Shown piece by piece: positions 45,636-56,066 of a stretch of DNA of 64,000 bases. A program made the translations under genes and the position numbers. Under the pieces are notes generated by a model. That model was not told where the DNA came from. It saw only the letters and a program-made list of their open reading frames with translations, and searched no databases. This DNA is from Salinivirgaceae bacterium (lineage in GTDB: Bacteria > Bacteroidota > Bacteroidia > Bacteroidales > SZUA-534). Location: NCBI GenBank assembly GCA_017557605.1, contig JAFYYJ010000079.1, positions 25,499 to 89,498 on the forward strand, written 5' to 3'. Position 1 is the first letter of the stretch. Each line of letters begins with the position of its first letter.

Positions 45636-45709
45636 TAGCGAGGGCGGGGCATGATCCCGCGACCTCATGATTATGAATCATGCGCTCTAACCAACTGAGC
45701 TACCTCGCC
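45636..45709 (-). tRNA. tRNA with CAU anticodon (Met; a lysidine-modified Ile2 cannot be excluded)
   Basis: The reverse complement GGCGAGGTAGCTCAGTTGGTTAGAGCGCATGATTCATAATCATGAGGTCGCGGGATCATGCCCCGCCCTCGCTA folds as a cloverleaf. The acceptor stem has G1-U72. D arm is GCTCAGTTGGTTAGAGC. The anticodon loop is TTCATAA. The T stem is GCGGG/CCCGC, but the T loop ATCATGC is atypical. No encoded CCA. Confidence 0.8.
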
Positions 45710-45728
45710 GTTTTTGGTTAAGCGGGTG

Positions 45729-45736
45729 CAAAAATA
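45729..45736 (-). promoter_or_regulatory. -7 promoter box (TATTTTTG on minus) for the tRNA
   Basis: CAAAAATA on plus, 20 nt upstream of the tRNA 5' end (45709). Confidence 0.45.
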
Positions 45737-45819
45737 GTGCGTTTTTCTGAAAATCAAAACCAGCGCAAAATTTTTAATTCACCAAACCACAAAGATTGGA
45801 TTTTCAACGGATTAGCCTA

Positions 45820-46473
45820 TCACTTTTTCTTTTGCACCGTTTTTTTCTTTACCTGCTTCTTATTGTTGTTCTTCTTCTTTTTGCCGTTTCCGCTGTTGGT
45901 CATCTGCTGCGACTGCTCCTTTATCAAGTCTTTGGTGTCCTTCAGTTTCAAGCCTTCGGGAATGGTTATCCTGTTGCAAGCAATGGCAAGCATGTCGGAG
46001 AAAATCAAATCATCGCTGACGGTTTCGCGGTTCCAGGTCAGAAACGATTTTTTCATCTGGTTACCAAGAATCTCAATCAACGCGTCACGTTCCTCGCCCT
46101 CCGGATACTGGGTTGCGCGGCGCACCATATTCTCAAGCACCTTACCGTAATGCTTGAACCGTATCTCGTCAGGATTGCTGTACAAAGGTTTCTTGCGCGC
46201 AGCTATTTTCTCGGCCGGCTGTGGCATAGGATATGGCGAATCAACGTCCAAATCGTAGTCTGATATCACTGCCAAATGGTCCCACAGTTTCTGTTTATAG
46301 TCCGACATCTCGCGCATCGACGGATTCATGTTCTCCATAAGCTGCATGGTGGCTTTCGCTAGGGTGTTACGGCTTTCGCGGTCGTCGGTTTTCTTTATTA
46401 TCTGCACCATTTTCTGCACATTACGGCCATACTCTGGCAGCAATAACTTATCGCGGTTTGTGTTGTAATCCAT
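45820..46473 (-). CDS. DUF4290-like protein
   Basis: MDYNTNRDKLLLPEYGRNVQKMVQ... is the typical N-terminus of this Bacteroidota family as I recall it. Lys-rich C-terminal tail. Confidence 0.65.
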   Translation of the reverse strand: MDYNTNRDKLLLPEYGRNVQKMVQIIKKTDDRESRNTLAKATMQLMENMNPSMREMSDYKQKLWDHLAVISDYDLDVDSPYPMPQPAEKIAARKKPLYSNPDEIRFKHYGKVLENMVRRATQYPEGEERDALIEILGNQMKKSFLTWNRETVSDDLIFSDMLAIACNRITIPEGLKLKDTKDLIKEQSQQMTNSGNGKKKKNNNKKQVKKKTVQKKK

Positions 46474-46489
46474 AAATTATGATTTTGGG

Positions 46490-46497
46490 CAAAAGTA
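46490..46497 (-). promoter_or_regulatory. -7 promoter box (TACTTTTG on minus) for 45820..46473
   Basis: CAAAAGTA on plus, 17 nt upstream of ATG 46473. Confidence 0.45.
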
Positions 46498-46525
46498 GCA
46501 ATAAATGTCAGTTATAAAACAATTT

Positions 46526-46894
46526 TCACTTTTTGAAGATAAAGTAAACGGCTAAAATCAGGAAGACGAAACCGATAATGTGATTGAGGCGAAATGTCTC
46601 TGTTTTGAACAGCACCAATGTAAAAATAGTAAAGACAGTTAGCGACACCACCTCTTGAATGACTTTTAACTCGATAAGGCTGAACGGACCACCATTGACA
46701 TTGGAACCGATGCGGTTGGCCGGAACCTGGAAACAGTATTCGAACAAGGCTATTCCCCAGCTGATAAGAATGACCGCCCACAATCCCAAATCTTTAAACC
46801 CGCGCATCTCGCCGAATTTCAGATGCCCGTACCACGCAAAAGTCATAAACGTGTTGGAAATGACCAACAAAACAACTGTTAATAATGGTTTCAT
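46526..46894 (-). CDS. small DMT-superfamily membrane protein (DUF486-like)
   Basis: 122 aa, 4 TM helices. N-terminus MKPLLTVVLLVISNTFMTFAWYGHLKF. Confidence 0.7.
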   Translation of the reverse strand: MKPLLTVVLLVISNTFMTFAWYGHLKFGEMRGFKDLGLWAVILISWGIALFEYCFQVPANRIGSNVNGGPFSLIELKVIQEVVSLTVFTIFTLVLFKTETFRLNHIIGFVFLILAVYFIFKK

Positions 46895-47084
46895 ATTCAG
46901 ATATTTAAAAACGGGCGCAAAAGTAAGGCGAAATTTCGATTATTGTTCCTATAAAAAGATGTATTCTTCCGAATAAGAATCACGGCATTTCAGGCACAAA
47001 AAGCCGGTTGCCAGCCATGTGGCAATGGCGAAAAATAATCAATATAACAACCTGATAATCAACAAGCAAACAGGGCAATAGTTT

Positions 47085-47102
47085 TCTACGTAATCTACGT
47101 AA
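47085..47102. repeat. perfect tandem 9-mer TCTACGTAA x2 upstream of gdhA (possible regulator site)
   Basis: 47085-47093 and 47094-47102 are identical. A third ACGTAA lies at 47151-47156. Each unit contains the palindrome TACGTA. Confidence 0.5.
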
Positions 47103-47177
47103 AACCCCGACGCCATGCATCGTGATATTTTCTCAGAATATATTTTTGACACGTAAAAAATGAATTACAAACTTTAA

Positions 47178-48542
<1,365 letters not shown>

Positions 48543-48564
48543 CCTATTTACAAATAGAACAGAA

Positions 48565-48596
48565 AAGCGTCCGGCGATTGTCGGGCGCTTTTTTTA
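48565..48596 (+). terminator. intrinsic terminator after gdhA
   Basis: Stem GCGTCCG (48567-48573) / CGGGCGC (48582-48588) with one G-U pair, followed by T7 (48589-48595). Confidence 0.65.
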
Positions 48597-48620
48597 TTTT
48601 TGTGCTATAATATTAATGAT

Positions 48621-49100
48621 ATGAAGATAAGAGTAGGATTCGGATTAGACGTCCACCAACTGACCGAGGGTCGCAAAATGGTTGTAGGCGGCATCGAGGT
48701 TCCGCACACAAAAGGACCGCTCGGCCACTCCGACGGCGACACACTCATCCACGCCATCTGCGACGCTCTGCTTGGCGCCGCCAATATGCGCGACATCGGC
48801 TATCACTTCCCCGACACTTCGGCCGCATACGAGAACATTGACAGCAAGATTATCCTGAAAAAAACGGTGCAGTTGATTACCGAAAAAGGATACCGAATCG
48901 GTAACATCGACTCTACTATCTGCCTGCAAAGGCCTAAAATCAAAGATTTTATACCGCAGATGCAACAGTGCCTTGCCGAAGTTTGTGGCATCAGTACCGA
49001 TGACATTTCAATAAAGGCCACCACAACCGAAAAACTCGGCTTCGAGGGACGCGAGGAAGGAATGTCGGCATACGCTGTCGTGCTGATTCAGAAGGATTGA
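48621..49100 (+). CDS. ispF: 2-C-methyl-D-erythritol 2,4-cyclodiphosphate synthase
   Basis: MKIRVGFGLDVHQL...GHSDGDTLIHAICDALLGA...DIG..FPD motifs. 159 aa from ATG 48621. Confidence 0.9.
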   Translation: MKIRVGFGLDVHQLTEGRKMVVGGIEVPHTKGPLGHSDGDTLIHAICDALLGAANMRDIGYHFPDTSAAYENIDSKIILKKTVQLITEKGYRIGNIDSTICLQRPKIKDFIPQMQQCLAEVCGISTDDISIKATTTEKLGFEGREEGMSAYAVVLIQKD

Positions 49101-49113
49101 AAACAACTTGACA

Positions 49114-49144
49114 CAAAAAAAGGCTGACTTAACAAGCCAGCCTT
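49114..49144 (-). terminator. intrinsic terminator after the TrpB-like gene (shared convergent intergenic region)
   Basis: Stem AAGGCTG (49120-49126) / CAGCCTT (49138-49144). T7 on the minus strand (A-run 49114-49120). Confidence 0.55.
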
Positions 49145-49167
49145 TCGATATTCAACTGTAATTTCAA

Positions 49168-50532
49168 TTAAATCACTTTCTCCAAACCGGCGATGTTTTT
49201 CTGAACATCGGCATCGGTCACTTCATAGTTCTGAAGCGAGCCTGACAGATACTGGTCGTAAGCGGCCATATCGATGAGTCCGTGTCCCGACAGGTTGAAC
49301 AGAATGACCTTCTCCTCGCCTTTCTCCTTACATTTCTTCGCCTCGTTGATAGCGGCGGCAATAGCGTGGCAGCTTTCCGGAGCAGGAATGATACCTTCGG
49401 CGCGAGCAAACAACATTCCCGCATCGAACGACTCAAGTTGTTTGATATCAACAGCTTCCATCAGACCGTCTTTCAGCAGTTGGCTTACGATAACGCCTGC
49501 GCCATGGTAACGCAAACCGCCTGCATGAATGTTGGCCGGCATAAAATTGTGACCAAGAGTGTACATTGGCAGAAGCGGTGTATAGCCTGCAACATCGCCG
49601 AAATCGTATTGGAAGACGCCGCGTGTAAGTTTCGGGCAGCTCGACGGCTCGGCAGCTATGAAACGGGTTGTTTTGCCTTCAAGAATATTGTGGCGCATGA
49701 ACGGGAAGCTAATGCCGCCAAAGTTCGAACCACCGCCAAAGCAACCAATAACGATATCGGGATACTCACCGGCCATTGCCATTTGCTTTTCGGCCTCAAG
49801 ACCGATAATTGTCTGGTGTAGAGTTACGTGGCTAAGAACCGAGCCGAGTGTGTAACGGCAATTCGGAGTGTTGATAGCTAGCTCAATAGCCTCAGAAATG
49901 GCTGTTCCAAGCGAGCCCTGGTTGTTCGGGTCGACAGTCAGAATATCTTTTCCTGCGCGTGTCGACATTGAAGGCGAAGCGGTAACCTGCGCACCGTAAG
50001 TCTGCATTATCGAGCGGCGGTATGGTTTCTGATTGTATGATATTTTCACCTGATAAACAGCTGCCTCCAAACCGAAGACCTTGGCGGCGTAAGCCAAAGC
50101 CGCGCCCCATTGTCCAGCACCAGTTTCGGTTGTTACGTTGGTAATGCCCTGTTTTTTGCAGTAATAAGCCTGAGCAAGTGCCGAGTTGAGTTTGTGGCTG
50201 CCAACCGGGCTTACACTCTCGTTCTTGAAGTAGATATGAGCCGGTGTACCAAGAGCCTGCTCAAGTCCATAGGCACGTACAAGTGGCGTAGAACGATAGT
50301 ATTTATACATGTCGCGAACTTCGGTAGGAATGTCAATCCAAGCATGCTCCTGGTCGAGTTCCTGACGAGCCAGCTCTTCGGCAAAAATCGGGAACAAATC
50401 TTCAGCTTTAAGAGCCTGTTTTGTTGCAGGATTGAGAGGCGGCATGGGTTTGTTTTTCATGTCGGCCTGAATGTTGTACCATTTAGTCGGTATCTCATTC
50501 TCAGTTAGAAAAAAACGTTTCTGTTTTTCCAT
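49168..50532 (-). CDS. TrpB-like PLP-dependent enzyme (tryptophan synthase beta, TrpB2 type)
   Basis: ENEIPTKWYNIQADM N-terminus, NESVSPVGSHKLNSA (PLP lysine), GGGSNFGG. Start trimmed to MEKQKRFF (ATG 50532). No trpA or other trp genes in the window. Confidence 0.8.
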   Translation of the reverse strand: MEKQKRFFLTENEIPTKWYNIQADMKNKPMPPLNPATKQALKAEDLFPIFAEELARQELDQEHAWIDIPTEVRDMYKYYRSTPLVRAYGLEQALGTPAHIYFKNESVSPVGSHKLNSALAQAYYCKKQGITNVTTETGAGQWGAALAYAAKVFGLEAAVYQVKISYNQKPYRRSIMQTYGAQVTASPSMSTRAGKDILTVDPNNQGSLGTAISEAIELAINTPNCRYTLGSVLSHVTLHQTIIGLEAEKQMAMAGEYPDIVIGCFGGGSNFGGISFPFMRHNILEGKTTRFIAAEPSSCPKLTRGVFQYDFGDVAGYTPLLPMYTLGHNFMPANIHAGGLRYHGAGVIVSQLLKDGLMEAVDIKQLESFDAGMLFARAEGIIPAPESCHAIAAAINEAKKCKEKGEEKVILFNLSGHGLIDMAAYDQYLSGSLQNYEVTDADVQKNIAGLEKVI

Positions 50533-50638
50533 ATTGTTTAAATTTTGAATGTTAGAAATCGGCTTCAAGTAAGTTGTTTTTTAGTAAATGCGCAAAATAT
50601 TTTTACACGATTACGTGAAAATACGATGTACGGTTAAG

Positions 50639-51103
50639 TTACTCATCCACATTCAGATTTTTGAAAACCACATCGGGTTCAAAACCTTTCTGAATCAGAT
50701 ATGCGGCGGTTTTGCGGTTGCGCTCAAAAGGTTTGAGAGCACGCAGCTGCCGCATTTTTTTGTCGCGCTCGGCTTCAAAGGCTTTCTGATAATCCGATTC
50801 GGGCAGTTCGGTAAACGCTTCGTCGATAGTGTTTTGTGGAATATGTTTCTGCCGCAGCATAAGCCGCGTTTTAATACGTCCCCAATGGTTGAAGCGAGTT
50901 TTGTCGCGCACGTAGGCGATTGAGAAACGCAGATTATCGACATACCGCTCATCGATGAGTGAGGTGATAATGCGCTGAATGTCAACCGATGGAACACCCC
51001 AATTACGCATTTTCTGCTCTAAATCGAAAGTGCAGCATTCGCCCTTTGCCGCCAGCAAGCGGCAGCGTTCCAAGGCTTCCTCAAATGTCATTTCACGTTC
51101 CAT
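50639..51103 (-). CDS. recX: regulatory protein RecX
   Basis: 154 aa with three helical repeats (YVDNLRFSIAYVRDK, KTRLMLRQKHIPQNTIDEA, KTAAYLIQKGFEPDVV). Confidence 0.7.
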   Translation of the reverse strand: MEREMTFEEALERCRLLAAKGECCTFDLEQKMRNWGVPSVDIQRIITSLIDERYVDNLRFSIAYVRDKTRFNHWGRIKTRLMLRQKHIPQNTIDEAFTELPESDYQKAFEAERDKKMRQLRALKPFERNRKTAAYLIQKGFEPDVVFKNLNVDE

Positions 51104-51948
51104 ACGGCACTCACCATTCTGTCTTTTCCATAAAAATCTTGACGCAGTTCAACGTCGCTATACTGCATATTCTCAAGCAATTGTACAGTCTCTTTGCCAA
51201 ACCGTTCGTTGATTTCGAAAAACAGCATTCCGCCATTTTTCAGCCACCGCGCGGCAAGTTCGGCTATGCGGCGGTAGAACAGCAGCGGGTCGGAATCGGG
51301 AACGAACAGCGCCAAATGCGGCTCAAAATCAAGCACATTGCGGCTCATCTGATGCTTGTCGGATTCAGTAACGTAGGGCGGATTGCTCACCACAACATCA
51401 AGGCTTTGCGGCGCAAATAGCTGATTGTCATCAAAAATACTTTTGCAGACAAATTCAACCTGCGCATCATTCTTCTCTGCATTACGCCTTGCAACGGCAA
51501 TTGCGGCTTCCGACACATCGACGGCCGTAACTTGCGCACCGTCAATCAGTTTTGTCAGCGATACGGCAATACAGCCGCTGCCAGTGCCCACATCCACAAT
51601 CCGCGGCGACGGCACTTTGCAGCGGCCAGCAATGAGCCGCACCAACTCTTCGGTTTCGGGACGAGGAATCAGCACATCGCGGCAAACGCCAAACGACATT
51701 CTCATAAATTGCTCTTCGCCAAGCACATACTGCAACGGCTCGCCGTCGGCAAGTCTTTTTAGCATTGCTTGTAGCCGTTGGTAATCAGTTTCTGATATTT
51801 TTGCATCGGGATAGGCGATGGCTTGAACGCGCGTGAATCCGAAATGGTCAAGCAGTTCAAACACAATCTGTTGCAACTCGCGTCCGCTGTAAATCGGTGC
51901 CAGTTGACTGCGCATTTCGGCTTGAATGTCGGCTAACGTTCTGTCCAT
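51088..51948 (-). CDS. prmC: peptide chain release factor N5-glutamine methyltransferase
   Basis: GEPLQYVLGEEQF, DVGTGSGCIAVSL, VVSNPPYV. Overlaps recX by 16 nt. Confidence 0.85.
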   Translation of the reverse strand: MDRTLADIQAEMRSQLAPIYSGRELQQIVFELLDHFGFTRVQAIAYPDAKISETDYQRLQAMLKRLADGEPLQYVLGEEQFMRMSFGVCRDVLIPRPETEELVRLIAGRCKVPSPRIVDVGTGSGCIAVSLTKLIDGAQVTAVDVSEAAIAVARRNAEKNDAQVEFVCKSIFDDNQLFAPQSLDVVVSNPPYVTESDKHQMSRNVLDFEPHLALFVPDSDPLLFYRRIAELAARWLKNGGMLFFEINERFGKETVQLLENMQYSDVELRQDFYGKDRMVSAVWNVK

Positions 51949-51971
51949 AACGCAAATGTAAATTAGTGGCG

Positions 51972-53015
51972 ATGAACGAGCAAGCGAACGATGAATTTTT
52001 TATGCGCCGATGCCTACAACTGGCGCGGTTGGGAGCCGGCACTGCCGCACCAAACCCAATGGTTGGAGCTGTTGTGGTGCATAATGGAACCATTATTGGC
52101 GAAGGCTACCACCACCAATGCGGTCAGGCTCACGCCGAGGTGAACGCCATTGCCGCTGTCAAAAATCCCGATTTGCTTTGCCGTTCAACCATTTACGTCA
52201 GTCTTGAGCCCTGCAGCCACTACGGCAAAACGCCACCTTGCGCCGACCTGATTATCAGCAAGCACATACCCAACGTGGTGGTTGGTATGGTTGACCCTTT
52301 CGGGAAAGTCAATGGCAACGGTATCAATAAGTTGCGTGCTGCAGGCTGCAATGTGAAGGTTGGCGTTTTGGAAGAGGAATGCCGCCAACTAAACCGCGCA
52401 TTCATCACTTTTCACACTAAAAAGCGCCCATACATAATTTTGAAATGGGCCGAGTCGTCCGACGGATTTATCGATGGTGTGCGCGGTGCCGACAACCGTC
52501 CCGTCTGGCTGACAAACGAGGCTTGTCGCGCACTTGTCCACCGCTGGCGCGCTGAGTCGGGCGCCATAATGGTTGGCTACAACACCGCTCTGCTAGACAA
52601 TCCGCAACTCAACGTTCGTGCGTGGACAGGCCGCGACCCGCTGCGCATTGTCACCGACCGACAATTGCGGCTGCCTAACAATCTGCATCTTTTCGACCGC
52701 ACGCAGCCAACGTGGCGGCTCAATACCATCAATAACGATGGCGTTGAAAATCTGCAAAACGTTCTGCTGCCGTGGGGCGACCAAATGCTGCCCGCACTGA
52801 TGCAGAAACTTTACGACGCTCAAATTAACCAACTGATTGTTGAGGGCGGAACGCGCCTGCTTCAATCGTTCATCAACGCTGGCTTATGGGACGAGGCATT
52901 AATTTTCAAGGGCCCTGCTGTTCTTGGCAATGGCGTGGCGGCACCAATTATAGATAAAGGTAGGGGAAGTATTGAAATGATAGGCAATGTCGAACTTTTG
53001 ACGATTGCTCAATAA
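51972..53015 (+). CDS. ribD: bifunctional riboflavin biosynthesis deaminase/reductase
   Basis: NPMVGAVVV, HAEVNA, SLEPCSHYGKTPPCA (CDA zinc motif). C-terminal reductase domain (KWAESSDGFI...). First ATG is at 51972. Confidence 0.9.
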   Translation: MNEQANDEFFMRRCLQLARLGAGTAAPNPMVGAVVVHNGTIIGEGYHHQCGQAHAEVNAIAAVKNPDLLCRSTIYVSLEPCSHYGKTPPCADLIISKHIPNVVVGMVDPFGKVNGNGINKLRAAGCNVKVGVLEEECRQLNRAFITFHTKKRPYIILKWAESSDGFIDGVRGADNRPVWLTNEACRALVHRWRAESGAIMVGYNTALLDNPQLNVRAWTGRDPLRIVTDRQLRLPNNLHLFDRTQPTWRLNTINNDGVENLQNVLLPWGDQMLPALMQKLYDAQINQLIVEGGTRLLQSFINAGLWDEALIFKGPAVLGNGVAAPIIDKGRGSIEMIGNVELLTIAQ

Positions 53016-53124
53016 GTCAGTTTTATAACACTCTCATTTCTACCGCCTTATAGCTGTTTTGATTAAAAATCCTCTTTTTCTTAAAAATTCTCTTGCGCAT
53101 ATCATTTTTCAATTTACTTTTGCA

Positions 53125-53154
53125 CTGTTATATCACACTATAACAGTATAACAA
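53125..53154. promoter_or_regulatory. candidate operator: CTGTTATA-N6-TATAACAG plus an adjacent third half-site TATAACAA
   Basis: Perfect 8-bp inverted repeat (53125-53132 / 53139-53146), followed directly by TATAACAA (53147-53154). It lies about 80 nt upstream of the first gene of an operon that ends in a GntR regulator. Palindromes of this size also occur by chance in 64 kb. Confidence 0.35.
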
Positions 53155-53224
53155 TTCACTTGTTTCATACATTATACATGGTGTAACGCTAACTTAAAAT
53201 TTTAATAATAAAAACTTTAGACTT

Positions 53225-53818
53225 ATGAAAGCAACTAAAATTATGGCAGCGATGGCTGCAATGTTTCTTACAACAGTGGCAATGGCGCAAGACGCGCGTT
53301 ACGAATTGAAATCGGGTGCTATTAAAATCGAGATGACAACACAAGGTCTCAAGATGGCTGGTATGCAGTACTTCGACGATTATGGACGGAAAGACGCCGC
53401 ACTGGTGTCAGCTGATATGCCAATGGGCAAAATTGAGATTAAGACCTTGCAGTTTGGCGACACGGTTTATTCTATCAATTTGACTCAAAAAATGGGTCAG
53501 AAAGTGCTGTCGCCAATGAAACCTGTCAATTATATGAGTCTTACATCTGAAATGGTGGAAAATTACAAAATTAAGGAAGTGGGTGAGGAAACCGTGGCAG
53601 GCAAACTTTGCAAGAAATACACTATTGAAGTTACGGAAGCCGGGCAGACCGTTAACGGTGAAGTCTCTGTTTGGAAAGGCATAGTGCTTAAATCGGTGAT
53701 GAAGCTGGGAATGATTGAAATATCGAATCAAACGGCTATTGAAGTTCAAGAGAATGTGCCTGTTGAGCCGTCGATGTTCGAGATACCGGCAGGCATCAAT
53801 GTTATGAATATGAACTAA
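53225..53818 (+). CDS. hypothetical secreted protein
   Basis: Signal MKATKIMAAMAAMFLTTVAMAQ. 197 aa with beta-rich composition. First gene of the ABC/GntR cluster. Confidence 0.55.
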   Translation: MKATKIMAAMAAMFLTTVAMAQDARYELKSGAIKIEMTTQGLKMAGMQYFDDYGRKDAALVSADMPMGKIEIKTLQFGDTVYSINLTQKMGQKVLSPMKPVNYMSLTSEMVENYKIKEVGEETVAGKLCKKYTIEVTEAGQTVNGEVSVWKGIVLKSVMKLGMIEISNQTAIEVQENVPVEPSMFEIPAGINVMNMN

Positions 53819-53850
53819 CTTAAATGCTAATAAAACAACATCTTGCGAAT

Positions 53851-54648
53851 ATGATACACGTACAAAACCTAAACTTCTCTTATTCGAAGAAGAAAACCGT
53901 GTTCAACGGTATGAACCTTGACATCGACGGTGGCGGCATTGTAGGCATTCTTGGCCCTAACGGTGCTGGCAAAACCACTCTTCTGAAACTCTTGACTGGC
54001 CTGATGTTCCCAAAACAAGGCACAATGAAAGTGCTAGGCGACACCCCGGGCGACCGTCTGCCGCGTTTTCTTGAGGAAATCTACTATGTGCCCGACGAGT
54101 TTATGATTCCGGCCATGAAAGGCTCGCGTTTCGCCGAACTCTACAAGCCGTTCTATCCGCGTTTCGACGAGGAGCGCTTCAACAATCTGCTCACCGATTT
54201 TGAAGTTGACGGCAGCGAGAAACTGAACAAGATGTCGCTTGGCCAGAAGAAAAAATTTATGGTGGCTTTCGCCCTTTCGACCAACTGCCGCCTGCTTGTG
54301 TTCGACGAGCCGACAAACGGAATGGACATTCCCGCAAAGAATGTTTTTCGCAAGGTTACAGCCAGTTGCTTGAACGATAATCAGTTGATGTTAATCTCGA
54401 CGCACCAGGTTGCCGACATCAGCCGACTGATTGACCGTGTGGTGATTGTGGACAAAGGCCAAATTCTGCTCAACGACACCACTTGGGACATCTGTCAGAA
54501 GTATGCATTTGTGACAACCGGCAAAGCCGATGGCGCACTTTACGCCGAAGAAGCACCGGGCGGCTACCGCGCTGTGGTTCCGGCTAATGGCGAGCAAACC
54601 GAAATCGACCTGGAACTGCTGTTCAATGCACGGAAGAATCTGAAGTGA
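53851..54648 (+). CDS. ABC transporter ATP-binding protein
   Basis: Walker A GPNGAGKTT, signature MSLGQKKK, Walker B LLVFDEPTNGMD. Start taken at MIHVQNLNFSY (ATG 53851); the alternative is 53824. Confidence 0.85.
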   Translation: MIHVQNLNFSYSKKKTVFNGMNLDIDGGGIVGILGPNGAGKTTLLKLLTGLMFPKQGTMKVLGDTPGDRLPRFLEEIYYVPDEFMIPAMKGSRFAELYKPFYPRFDEERFNNLLTDFEVDGSEKLNKMSLGQKKKFMVAFALSTNCRLLVFDEPTNGMDIPAKNVFRKVTASCLNDNQLMLISTHQVADISRLIDRVVIVDKGQILLNDTTWDICQKYAFVTTGKADGALYAEEAPGGYRAVVPANGEQTEIDLELLFNARKNLK

Positions 54649-54733
54649 GATATTGGTGTTAGGTATTGGGTGTTAGTACTGAAATATGTTAAACCTTCTA
54701 AACACTTACCTCTAACCTCTAAACATTTGTAAA

Positions 54734-55354
54734 ATGACTCAAACATTCGACATAAAACGATTCGGATTGTGCCTGAAATACAGGCTTTTCGACCCGATGA
54801 TGACACGCTACGCAGCTATTGCTTTGGGCGCGGCCATTTTCACTGCAATTGTGATGGCCTCAACCGGCAACCCCAACGCCACAATAGGATTTACTACCGG
54901 AATGATTGGCGGTATGACAATGTTTTTAAGTTTGACCGTGGTAATGAACAAACACATTGAAACGTTGTTGCCAGCGCAGCCCGCCGAGAAATTCTTGAGT
55001 TTTGCGATTTCTTCTCTGCTTGGTGCGGTTGTTACGCTCGCTATTAGCGGTTTGACTATGGTTTTGGCAGGCATAATCCTTTTTGGCGGCTCATACGTCA
55101 TCCCCGACAAAATGTATTTGCCTTGGACGTTTTTGGCCATTTTCGTAGGAATGCCCATTCCCGCACTAATTGGCAATTTGATATCAGTCGACAGCAATGT
55201 GATGCCGTTTTTTGCCGCATTGACGATGCCAATTCTTTTTATACCACTCCTTTCCCACAATATTATATTGATGATAATCTTGCCAATAGCTGGCATTGTA
55301 CTATGGATTGCGGCATACGTGGCATACAAACGCCGACAGGTAAAAAATGGTTAA
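54734..55354 (+). CDS. polytopic membrane protein, paralog A (putative permease partner of the ABC ATPase)
   Basis: N-terminus MTQTFDIKRFGLCLKYRLF, then about 5-6 TM helices. Confidence 0.6.
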   Translation: MTQTFDIKRFGLCLKYRLFDPMMTRYAAIALGAAIFTAIVMASTGNPNATIGFTTGMIGGMTMFLSLTVVMNKHIETLLPAQPAEKFLSFAISSLLGAVVTLAISGLTMVLAGIILFGGSYVIPDKMYLPWTFLAIFVGMPIPALIGNLISVDSNVMPFFAALTMPILFIPLLSHNIILMIILPIAGIVLWIAAYVAYKRRQVKNG

Positions 55355-55407
55355 CCCACAATAAAGACACGATAATATGACGTCTCTACAATGATAAACA
55401 TTTTATT

Positions 55408-56064
55408 ATGAATCAAACCTTTAACATAAAACGCTTTGGCCGCTACACGCGATATATCTTATCGGCAAACCGATGGTATTACGGTGTGATACTAGTGTTT
55501 TTCGCACTTCCGGCCACGGTGCTGTCGCTCTGCGGATTAGGGCCTGATGGGGCACGATACCTGGTCGGCGGACTTATTGCAGCGGCAACGTGCTGCTTGA
55601 GCGTTATTCCAAATATCGAATTATCAAAGTTTGGCGGATTGGCACGGCAGATAACAATCCCCGCTTCGTGGCTTGAAAAACTGATTGTTGAGATAATAGC
55701 TCGTTTTTGGGTGCTGGCCGTTCCGTTCGGCATTCACGCTATTGCTTACGCCTTCGGTTTCAATGGCATTAGTTCGATAACAGCCGATGGATTTTCTCTC
55801 GCAAGCATTGCTATGATTTTATTATGGGCAACTTTATTCTTTTTCGCTTTAAGTTTCGATTATGGAAAGACTGGCAACACTTTGACTGGTCAAAAAATGG
55901 TGTCAACCAATCTGATACTTGCCATTGTAATGAGTTTTCAAGGTTGCAATTTGATAACTATTGCAAGTCACAATTCACCAACAAAAACCTACATATTGCT
56001 GTTGATAAGCGCTGTGTCGTTTTTGGCCGCCATTATCCTTTATCGCAGAAAAAGAATAAAATAA
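55408..56064 (+). CDS. polytopic membrane protein, paralog B
   Basis: N-terminus MNQTFNIKRFGRYTRYILSANRWYYGVILVFFALPATVLSLCG. Shared internal motif ITIPASWLEKLIVEIIARFW. Confidence 0.6.
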   Translation: MNQTFNIKRFGRYTRYILSANRWYYGVILVFFALPATVLSLCGLGPDGARYLVGGLIAAATCCLSVIPNIELSKFGGLARQITIPASWLEKLIVEIIARFWVLAVPFGIHAIAYAFGFNGISSITADGFSLASIAMILLWATLFFFALSFDYGKTGNTLTGQKMVSTNLILAIVMSFQGCNLITIASHNSPTKTYILLLISAVSFLAAIILYRRKRIK

Positions 56065-56066
56065 CT

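Noticed and set aside
47008-47025. TTGCCA-N6-TGGCAA as a sigma-54 (-24/-12) promoter
   Set aside because: The element order is wrong on both strands (TTGC precedes TGGCA). A 6-bp palindrome is common by chance. It is kept only as part of the gdhA upstream observation.
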